A DNA stretch of 64,000 nt from Lingula anatina (lineage: Eukaryota > Animalia > Brachiopoda): NCBI GenBank assembly GCA_051362555.1, contig CM120641.1, positions 22,196,001 through 22,260,000 on the forward strand. The letters run 5' to 3'. A program made the translations under genes and the position numbers. The notes beneath the pieces were generated by a model. That model was given only the letters and a program-made list of their open reading frames with translations. It did not search any database and was not told where the DNA came from. The first letter of the stretch is position 1. Each line of letters begins with the position of its first letter. This document shows, piece by piece, positions 25,201 through 37,200 of this stretch.

Positions 25201-28200
25201 TTACAGCATGCATGTGGGCATTTAAATTCTACCACTTTTTGTATATGATCAACATCAATTTAATTTGTAGATATTTGTATAAAACATCACAAACTAGATA
25301 CAAGTGTTACCATTTGAGAATATTTGCAAAGAGATAGTTCATGAATTTTAATTGCCTTCAAGCTCCAAATTAACAATTCACATTTTTGAAATCATTACTT
25401 ATTCTATCTTTTTGGCATAATTAAATCAAGAGCAAACTTTTCTTTTAGCAGGAATAAAAATAGAGCAATGCAAAATCCTGTTTAGAACAGAATTTTCAGG
25501 TTTAAGAATCATTTTTCATGGTAACATGCTAATGTTATAGAGGTTGGTTTCTGGAAAAATCTGTAACACAAGATGTACAAGATTAACCTGATATGAATGT
25601 AATTCTCACCACTAGCATCACATTCCAAGTGACCAGTAGTTAAAGTGCCTTGTGTCGGCCTTCCCTCTTTGTTCACACACCAGCACCAAACACCAGAACA
25701 CTGCTTATTGTCAAAGCTGCCCTCAGCATTGCACACTCTGAAGCCAGAAGCTGGTATCAAATCTGAAAAAGTATTACAGGAACATATATTTACAAGTCCT
25801 ATTCTTAAATATACAAAGCAAGAGTTAATGCCTTGTAATGTATCAAGATATATACAGATTATTACTGCCAGTTTTCTTACACCCCCCCCCTCCAAAAAAA
25901 AAAAATGCACCTGTCAAAAACAAACCAAAACTAGAGGATCAGAAAGGCAATACTGCCTCTGGGTATTGTACCACCAGCTGGAGTAAACGCATTCTTTTGG
26001 AAAACCAAAAAAGGGACACCACCTTCAGTGTCCTGCTTGACAATTAAGCTCTACAAATTCAAGTTCATTTTTTTTTTTTTTTTGAAATATATGATTTAAT
26101 TCCTATTTAAGTTCCAAAGTAACTAAGGAATGTGTTTGGCTGTATAGTTTAAACTCCAAAACTTTGACTCCCACTCCAGCACCAGGAGCAGATTAAGAAG
26201 ATGGGTATATGTATCAGGAGCGGATTTAGGCCGTCTTCTGGGTCTTCCGGAAGACGGTCAGATTTTCAAGTTTACATTGAAAGTTGTCTAATTTTTACGT
26301 TGGAAGACGGTCAAAAATGAAGAATAGATCAACAAAGATAATTTGGAAGACTGTCAGAAAATATCTCTGAATCCGCCCCTGCGTATAGTCACTGAGGTCA
26401 TTCAGAACAAGTTGATCCACTGACTAACAGATAAGCAGACTTAATATGGCCGACTCACGTAAAAGCAGTGCAGACTAACCACCTGATGGCATCCCCGCGG
26501 CCTAATCCCCTGATAGCATCCCCACCTCCACACGCACCATCAATGCACAGGCCCTGCAATTAAACCTCCAGCTGAGATTGAACGGTTTAATGGCGCGTGT
26601 GGAGCGAGGTGGTGAGACCATCATCGGACTAAGCTTCACTGTTTTTAAGTGGGGCCGGCCATATTTAGTCAGTGGATCAGTTAGTCCACAGATCAGAATT
26701 TGCTCACTGTGTCTGTACAAATAAATTGAATATTCTGAAAATAAGCACTTTAAGTAATGCATTTCCTATTCTGTGAAAAAAGGATACCAGTCTTTGTTTT
26801 GGGCTTGGGTTGCTTCACAAAATGCAATTAAAGAGGCTGAAAGTGGACTTCATTTGCAACATCATAATGGAATGCATATATCTGGTTTCTAAAAATTAGC
26901 GGAAACAATTTTTAGTCAAATATACGACACTTTATCCTACCTTTACCAGTAACTGAATGAGTAGGCATAAACATTGTAATGATATGTTTTGCAAGAAACA
27001 TCCTTGCCACATTCGAAGCTCCAAGGGTGAAACCTGTCATCTGCTGATTAAACCACGTAGACAGAGCAGTTTGACTGAATACTCTATTGGCTGCAAAATA
27101 AATTGAAAGACCCATGCAGTTTTATGTTAACGTGAGGTCTAATTCTGGTCTTGCATTAAGGTATCGGTATTCAATCATATGCTGATAACAACCAACTTAA
27201 TCAATTAAAATTTCTGATTACTATGTATCACAACCAATATGAGTGTAATTAATAAAACGTTGATTTCTGATTGGTTTATTTGTTACAAAATAGATAAATA
27301 GAGGGTAAAGGCTTCAAAAGAAATTTATCATATTAATCTTTTTAAAAATTACTGGTTGAAATATTTAATATTTGCATGACATGTATCATGTCTGAGATGT
27401 ATAGCAACATACTATTATTCAACAAAGGAGACAACAAAACCTTGGACCAGGTCTCATTGATATTTGCTAGTTGATCTGAAATTTTCTTAAATAGAAGAAA
27501 CCTCTCCATGGTAGTAAGTGGCGCTTGGTCTGGATTGCAAACTGATAGGGGTGGTCTGTCAGTATCTTCTGACTGTGGGACATCTGCCTTAAAAGAAGAA
27601 CCTTCAAATGCTGGTGGTGCAAGAGAAAATCTGGTTGGCAAACGTCTAGTAAATCTGGGGCCATCCAATACAGGTTGTCTACTTATTCCTGGATCCACAG
27701 TAACCCTATCCATTGGTGGGCGTCTACTCGGTGGTTGTCTACTCACTCCTGGGTGAACAGTTACCCTATCCATTGATGGGCCTCTATTTAGTGGTTGTCT
27801 ACTCACTCCTGGGTCCACTGTAACCCTGTCCATTGATGGGCGTCTACTTAGTGGTTGTCTACTCACTCCTGGGTCCACTGTAACCCTGTCCATTGATGGG
27901 CGTCTACTTAGTGGTTGTCTACTCACTCTTGGGTTCACAGTAACTCTATCCATTGGTGGGCGTCTACTCACTCTGGGGTCCACAGTTACCTTATCCATTG
28001 GTGGGTGTCTACTCATTCCTGGGTTCACAGTTACCCTATCCATTGGTGGGCGTCTATTCACCCCATCTGTTTGGGGGTGTCTGTTCCCCACCTGATCTTC
28101 CCTACATTTCCCTAAGAATGATGAAAAAAAGAAATGTACACAAGCATAGAGAAAATATATACATCTGTGATTGATTTCAAAAGTAACTAAGTGATCTCTT

Positions 28201-31200
28201 AATCACATGGTATAGTGATATTATTATATAATCATCCTGTCCTGTGCATCAGTTGGGGGAAGACAAGGCTAGTCCCTCCGTTTTTACAAAAATTGAGGTG
28301 GAAGAAGCACATTTCCATAGGCTGGCAGATTTTTTCTGAAGGAAGTTCATTTATATACATGAACCTAAATTGTGGTATAAAAATCAAAAGTTGGCTGTAA
28401 TTATTTTCAGAGTAAATTTAATTATAAAGCTTCTAATTCAAGTGTGCGAACTTGCACCACTATCCTTTCACTTTCAAGATAAAGCCGATGTGCGGACTTG
28501 CCCTGGGCGCACACTAGCCCTCCCCTTTCCCCTACCATATGTTCTAATGATACAAATAGTCCAAGTTTATTATTTAAATTTGGTCCTTCAATAGAACAGA
28601 TATCAACTTAATTCTGAATAATTTCTTTAAATTAAAAATGTCACCTCTGTTCTTCCCTATATTGTTGCTCCCCAAAGGGCCAAATTTGGGTCTATTGGTG
28701 TTCTAATTAGCCATCCCAGCACTATGGTGCCCCCACACTAGAGCTGGTGGCAAGTATGCTGTCCAAAACAAAAATCCCATTGTCATAGACTCCCCATATA
28801 TTCATCTACTTTTTTATTCTATTCTCTATGTTTTTCTCATTTTCTATAAAACTTTGATTCCCTTTAACATATTTTTTTTAACTCAGCCACGGTGCCAAAA
28901 GCACATGCTTTATAGTATGTTTTTATATATATCTGTCCCTGTACTTTCCCTAGGAAAATTATGATCATATTAATCAATTGTCTTTGGTGGGCCAACGTGA
29001 AAATTCCATTAAAGTCGCAATTTTTCACTAGCATTGGAATAGCTATTATTCCTGCAAAGTAACCTAGACAGCAAGGTGTTAATTGTCAGGCTGATGTTGA
29101 GTCCGATTTATTTATATTCTCTTTCAAGAAAAATCTAACAAAGTATAACAAGTTATATTAAAATAAAAATAAAAAGACATATTGTAATAGGCCATATGCA
29201 GCTGGAAGCAACTTCTGGTAGTTATATGATTTAATTTAAGATTGGTGTCTCTAATTTATTTATTATTTTGAACCTTAAATGCATCTCTTTTTATTAGCCT
29301 GTTTTGTCATCAAGTTTTTCTATGCTATGGTGCTCTAAGCCTCATTGTTTTGCTTGTATATTTGTTTTATGATAACACATGGGAATCAATGCTCCTCTCT
29401 ATGCCACCTTCCAGGGTATTTGTAGTAAACTTCCGTTTAAGTTTGCTTTGTTGCAGTAATATATAGGGGTAGTAGCATTTTGATTGTAAATATTTATTCA
29501 AGGTGTTGTAACAAAATTTAAAAATAAATCAAAATATGTCAAGAAATATTTCCAAGTAATTTAACTGATGTTTTTGATAAATCAGTGAAATGTTTTGCCT
29601 TCATAGACTACTTTATTAAAAACATATAAAGTAACTCATCCATGATGTTCTATTTGTTGAAGCAATATGTTGAATTAATATCCAATTATAAGCAGAAATA
29701 TTAAGAACATGTTAAATATCCATGTGTGGACTGATTAAACCAAAGCAGTAACCAATCTAATAGCTCTCTTTTACTACAAGAGGAAATTGTACTAACCCAC
29801 AATCGGCTCTGGGTGGGTGAGAGTAATAGATAGCTGGGAGGTTACACAGGATTTACAGACAATTCACTGAATTTTTCCTAGTATGTAAAAGGCATTTTGC
29901 TAAAAAAAAGCTATAAATGGCCTTCAAATATTGGGAGATGAAACACTGTTTACAAATTACCCTGGCTGAATTTACATTGACCTTTACATGTACTCTGTGT
30001 TTATCGATTATAATTACAATGCAACCATCAAAGTAAAATCAGACACCTTGTCATTTTTCATAATTTGTGATGGTTCCCTTGAGCTTTTACCTGCGAGATT
30101 ACCCATGCCAAATATCAGATGTAGGGCAACCAGCCTAGATATCACTTTCATCTTCTCTTGGGAAGTGTGACTATTCAGTACGTCAAGCATTTTCTTCCCA
30201 CATGTGCTAAAACCTTTAAATATGAAAAAAAAAACAAACAAATCATCATCCCACGATGGTAATTAAATCAATCTAATTTTATAGTGATTTGATAAATTCA
30301 AAATGAAATTTTATATAATTATTAGCCATATATTGCAACTACTACTGTTAAGATATCTTTTAAAAACATGATCATACATGTACATCTAAAGAGTCATGTT
30401 TCCAAAAACACATTATGCTTTACAAAAGTACTTGTTTGAAGTAAAAATCAATTCAGTGTAAATGTATTTAAAATACAACAGAGATTTACCTTTGAAACAA
30501 TCATATTCAGTTTTCATATGATTCTTAATATATTCTCTTTTGCACCCTCCACATGGGTTAACATGGCAATTTGTACCTGTTGCTGGGCACATTGTCATTG
30601 TGCATGTCAAGAAGTTACAACGGTGTGTGTTTTGGTCATTTGGACAGACTGAATACGAATGAAATACTTGATAAAGTTGTGGAATTGTGCTCTATTGACT
30701 CCATGCTTGATCAGAATAAAACTTTTCAGAACACCAAATCTTTTGAAAAAAAAATAATAAAGATCTAGCAACATTTGCATTTGAATCTATACTGAAGTAT
30801 CATAAAATTTAGAACAAACAGAAGAAATTTTGTGATATATAATATTTTAAAATTTTACAAGTCTTGTTTGACTACCATATAAAACAGTGTTACAGTTTTC
30901 CTTAAAAATATAACTACAAGTAAGTACATAGCAAGCACTTTGCAATATGCTTCTGCCCATTAATCTAACAAGACATATATAACCTGTGATGAATGAGTTT
31001 ATATACATGTAGTTAAGGTAAAAAAAAACCTGTCAGATTTCCCACTCATTACCTGGATCAACTGGTTCTGGTTTTTCTATAATAAACAAATTAAATGAAA
31101 AATAAATATGAATATTCTTATCACCTTATAATGTGATTACTAGAATGCAGTTACGCGTGACAAGCAGTTATGCTAACACTGCTGGTTAAAACAATGTCAG

Positions 31201-34200
31201 AGTTATGTTAAAAATTACCATTACTTTAAACCTAATCTGCATTCTTCTACAGTTTGACAATAAACTCATAGAAAAACAATAAGTGATGCTTTGTGGGAGA
31301 TGGTATTCATATGGATAAAGAACTAATATGCACAAGTGATATGTTGAGGTTATATTGCTCAATGAAACACCTTAGAAGTGTAGCCTAAATTGTCTGGGCC
31401 CTGTACTTACATGTATGTATACATTATGAATATGAATAATTTTTCCTGTTTGAAAAGTTACAAATATTACTAATACCTGAGCAGGATGTGCCACGTTTCT
31501 GTGATCCAGCTATAGGTGTCCCCTGGGGTGTGGCACACCAGCAGATCCCCAGGGAGTCCACACACTGTCGCCGGTACCACTTGTCATGACCACGACAACT
31601 GGGGTAGACAATGAAGAAAAAAATTTGTTGCATATTGTTTAAGATCAAACTGCCCTTTTTACCCAGATTTACTGTAAACTAAAATGGCAAATATTTTTCC
31701 ACAGAAATATAAGCTTTAACAAAATTTTGGCCCATTTGACATCGAAATATAGGTCAAAGGTTAAAACTAATGTTATATAATAAATATCCACATGACTTTT
31801 GGTCAGACTTCTATAGTAACTTTTCCCGTAACTCCTTAGTTTAGTAGACATTTAGCATTTAATTTTCAAAATATATTGAAAATACAAAAAAGCATAACTT
31901 TTGGAAAAATGGTCCTATCAAGCTGATTTTCCAACTTTGACCTGTATTTAAGTAACATTGATTACTCCTGTAAGTTTCAAAACAATAAGCCTGTCAGTGT
32001 TCTTTGTACTGTGTCATCTGTATCACATATGAAAAAAAAAAACAAAAAAAAAATTGGTGTAGCTTTGGGGAAAATGGTCCAATCAAACAGATTATCAAAC
32101 TTAACGGCCTGTACTTTATGAAAGTTTGTCAGTTCTATAAATTTGAAGAAGAAAGGTAAAACTGTTTTCCACAATGTGTCTGCACATGAAAAAAGCATAA
32201 AAAAAAAAAATTGGATCTGGATTTTGGATTTGGATTTTTTTGAAAAATGGCCAGATCAAACTGATTTTCAAACTCTGCCTGTAATATTCATCACTTCTGT
32301 TAGTTTGAAGGCAAAAGGTTAAAGGGATAATAACTCTTCGTATGAGATCTATATTTCACAATAAAAACATTATGAACAACTCATAGAAATATAACATATT
32401 CTATTGTACCACAAAAACGGCAGTTATAGCTTTTATTCTGATATCTGAGCTTGACTTTAGACCATGTGACTTCCATTGATGGCTGTTCTCTGTTATAATC
32501 TCTTAAGAGATAAAAAAAAAAAACTTTTTAGAAAAAAAACAGGGACTAACTTTGAATGTAAAAATGGATTCATTAACCATTGGTAAGTATGGGAAAATAG
32601 TTGTTTACTCCAGGAAAATTCTTTTTTTTTTTTTTTTGGGCCAAAACGAAGAGTTATTATCCCTTTAAGCATTTTTTTACTCATTATGTTATTTCTGAAA
32701 GTACAGAGTGACAATGGCAACAACAACACTGATGACAGACACATGTGATGGTTATACATACAATGTATGATATGGGCTCGTGACAGAAAAAATTAGCAAG
32801 AAATGGAAGCTGTGCATAAGTGCTATAGGGTGATGCCACCGATTTTCTTAAAACCACTCGATCCATTTAGATTTCATCACTAATAATTTAATTTTAAACT
32901 TTTCAATGTACTTTTATTAACAAAACAGTCAAGCAGTTTAAAAGATTTAATAAGCAATGGAAATCACTTGTTTTGGAACAGAGTATTTATGAAACAGAAA
33001 TTAAACAAAAATCTTTAGAACTATGAACAATCTTATTGATTAAGACCCCATTCCCAGAGATTAGATCGATTCAACTCCCTGGGGGTTCACGCTAAATAGC
33101 TGTCAGCCGAGCGACAGCCACGAAAGTTAATTACCCCCTTACAGCTTGTAGTAGGCGGGACGAACATTTAAGCTGGATTATCTGACAGTAATCTAGTGAG
33201 ACTCCCAACGGGGATAGATCGATCTAAAATCTATGGGAATGTGTCCTAAGTTTAGATGTTTTCAAAGATCAGTGGCACCTGATTATTCCTGACACCTTCA
33301 TCAATAGCTACACCAATATTTGTGCTTTTATCCACCAATTTGGAACTGACTCCTTCCTGTGTCTACATCCAATAAGGATTATGAGGTGTGATCAAAATAA
33401 TGCTGCCAGCTACTTGAACAGGAAAAAAAATGGCACCTTTGTGCAATGACAGCCTTATACATGTTATCGATATGTTGAACAGCAAAGATCCTTAGGGCAT
33501 GCCAGATATGATAGCTAAACTGATACATAAATAAAGAAATAAAAGAAATAACTTAAATTAGGTCCCATAATAATGTATTTCAGGATTACATGTATTATCT
33601 TAAGTGTTTCTATATTTGACTTGTATTTCAACCAGCCAGTTAATTTTCCAAGCATTATATTTGTTTTTCCTGATATATAAGGGGTGTGTGGGGTTGGTGG
33701 GGGGAGGGGGTGACAACCTTTTGCATGCTCAAATGTACCAATCAAAATAAATCTGGTAAACCAGCTATGCCAGGCACATAGGTAACATACCCAGCTGGCA
33801 AATTATGTTGTTTTAACGTTGAAACAAAGTTGAACCATAACGTTTATAACATGTTGGATAAATGTTGGATCAACATCAGATATAACAACATTGTATCAAC
33901 CCCAGTTGTTAGACAACATTCTTGCATGAAAAGACATCAAAATGACCTGAAATGTTTTTATTTTTGGTACAAAACACCGGTGTAACATGAAAATCTGACT
34001 CCCATGAAAATGTGACTCCCCAGTCAGATTTTCATTATGAAAATGTGACTCCCCAGTCAGATTTTCATAATGAAAATCTGACTCCCCCCATGAAAATTTG
34101 ACTCCCCCTCCACAAAACTTCATACATCTTATTTTATTTGAGTATATGACTGTGATCTTGTAGTATGTAAAATGGAAGATATGTTGGCACATTTTTTGTA

Positions 34201-37200
34201 GTTTGCAGTGAAAATTCAAATGAAAAAATAAGAAAAATAAAAATGTGCACATAATGAAAATCTGACTCCCCCATGAAAATTTGACTCCCCCATCATAAAA
34301 CTTCATAAGTCTTATTTTATTTTGGGTATATGACTGTGATCTTGTAGTAAGTAAAATAGTTGATACATTGGCACATTTTTTGTAGTTTGCAGTGAAAATT
34401 TGAATGAAAAAATAAGAAAATTAAAAATGTGCACATAATGAAAATCTGACTCCTCCATGAAAATTTGACTCCCCCTCCACAAAACTTCATAAATCTTATT
34501 TTATTTTGAGTATGTGACTGTGATCTTGTAGTATGTAAAATGGTTGATACATTGGCACATTTTTTGTAGTTTGCAGTGAAAATTTTAATGAAAAAATGAG
34601 AAAATTAAAAATGTGCACATAATGAAAATCTGACTCCCCCATGAAAATATGACTGCCCCTCCACAAAACTTCATGAATCTTATTTTATTTTGAGTATATG
34701 ACTGTGATCTTGTAGAATGTAAAAAGGAGGATAGATTGGCACATTTTTTGTAGTTTGCTGGTGAAAAATTATGTGAAAAAGTAAGAAAATTAAAAATGAG
34801 CAAATAATGAAAATCTGACTCCCCCATGAAAATATGACTGCCCCTCCACAAAACTTCATAAATCTTATTTTATTTTGAGTATGTGACTGTGATCTTGTAG
34901 TATGTGAAATGGAGGATACATTGGCGCTTTTTTGTAATTTGCAGGTGAAAATTTTCATGAAAAAATAAGAAAATAAAAAATGTCCACTTAATCGCCTATT
35001 GTCTCCCCTATGAAAAAGTTATTTAATATTTGATCATCATTTCAACACCTTTTCTTTTAGGATACTTTATGAAAAATATATTGGAAATATTTAAAGGTTT
35101 GATGATAAAATAGTGAAAGCATGAAAAAGAATTCATGAAAATCTTTATTTTTACACCTATGAGATTTGGACTCCAATGGAGAAAAGGACCCATTTTATAT
35201 TCAGTCACCATACCACTGTTTTCCACATAGTTTGCATAGAGATGGATATTTTGTCATTATTTGAAAGTTTGATGATGAAAATTTTGGTCAATATTTTTAA
35301 AACAAGTATCCATCTTTATTCTTGTAGGTTTTGCACTCCCATGTCAAAACACTACATTTTTAACACAAGAAATTGGCCCCATCGCCTTTTTATTTAATTC
35401 TTCTTATATAGCATACCCAACAAAACACTTGCTTTTGTTTTCCCATTATTTTCCCCAAAGCTGGATGAAAGATGGGGGTTAAAAATTTTTATTTTCATAT
35501 AGCTTAGTGTGCAGAGTTATCATTATATATACAATGAAAAGTATGTGGAAAATAGTGATATAATGACTGAATAAAAAATAATTGTCCTTTTCATGGGTGT
35601 AAAATAAATATTATACTGAATTTCTCACTATTTTTAAATTTCAAACACTTATTGCAAAAATTTTTACCCACAAAATTTAAATATTCCACATATGTTCTCC
35701 ATAAGAAAACTAAAAAGTAGAAACATTTAAATGTGTGCTAAATATGAAATAAGTGCTTTTAACTAGGGGTGTCAAAATCCCACTGGTACAAGAATGCAAA
35801 TTTATTATCCATTTTTCATTTATTTTCACGCAGTATTTTACCATAAAACTTTTTAACATTTCCAATACATTTTTCATAAAGTATCATAAAAGAAAAGTTG
35901 TCAGAATGATCATCAAACATCAAATAAATAGCTTTTTATAGGGGAGCCATTGGGTGTTAGAAAACAAATCCTTAATTTTTCTTATTTTCATGTGTTTTAT
36001 TACTTTTTTCTCTCAATTTTTTAACCATGTGCACATTTTCAATTTTCTTATTTTTTCATTAAAATTTTCACTGCAAACTACAAAAAATGTGCCAATGTAT
36101 CAACCATTTTACATGCTACAGGATCACAGTCATATACTCAAAATAAAATAAGATTTATGAAGTTTTGTGGCGGGGGAGTCAAATTTTCATGGGGGAGTCA
36201 GATTTTCATTATGTGCACATTTTTAATTTTCTCAATTTTTTATTAATATTTTCACTGCAAACTACAAAAAATGTGCCAATGTATCAACCATTTTACATAA
36301 TACAAGATCACAGTCATATACTCAAAATAAAATAAGATTTATGAAGTTTTGTGGAGGGGGAGTCAAATTTTCATGGGGGAGTCCGATTTTCATTATGTGC
36401 ACATTTTCAATTTTCTTATTTGTTCATTAAAATTCTCACTGCAAACTACAAAAAATGTGCCAATGTATCAACCATTTTACATACTACAAGATCACAGTCA
36501 TATACTAAATTAATTAGAGATTAATGAATGTTTTTATGTAGGGGAGTCAAATTTTCATAGGGGAACCACATTTTCATTATGTGCACATTTTTAATTTTTC
36601 TTTTTTTATGAAAATTTTCACCTGCAAACTACAAAAAAGTGCCAATGTATCATCCATTATGCATACTACAAAATCATAGTCATTTACTCAAATAAAATGA
36701 GATTAATGAATGTTTTTTTGGGGGGGGGGAGTTAAAATTTCATAGGGGGAGTCACATTTTCATTATGAAAATCTGACTGGGGAGTCACATTTTCATAATG
36801 AAAATCTGACTGGGGAGTCACATTTTAGGGGAGTCAGATTTTCATGGTACACCGGTACACAATTATAACGTACACTGTAAAAACATTCAAGTACATGGTT
36901 TGTCTGATTTTTTCAACGCATTTAGCTCCTAAGCATGTTTTGCACTAAAACATGGTACACCCCTTTAGCCTGGATGTGTTTAGCAGTAGGACATGCTTGA
37001 TGGCTAAATATATGTAGGGTATATGTGTATGGCCTTTAAGTTAGGATTTCCAATGTTTAGTTTTATATATATGTATATAACAAAGTAACAGTCACCTCCA
37101 CCCGTCTATCTATAACAGGGTACCGAGAACTGTCAATTTTGTTAACTTCACTCCATCACATTTATAGCAACTTATTCATCCTAGCATTAGCTGATCTTGC

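Noticed and set aside
29797-29899. Extra exon in the TY gene
   Set aside because: All three frames are closed from the strong acceptor, and the model is phase-consistent without it.
33896-34958. Repetitive minus-strand ORFs (MKFCGG...WGSQIF)
   Set aside because: Translations of the 184-bp foldback units, not a protein.
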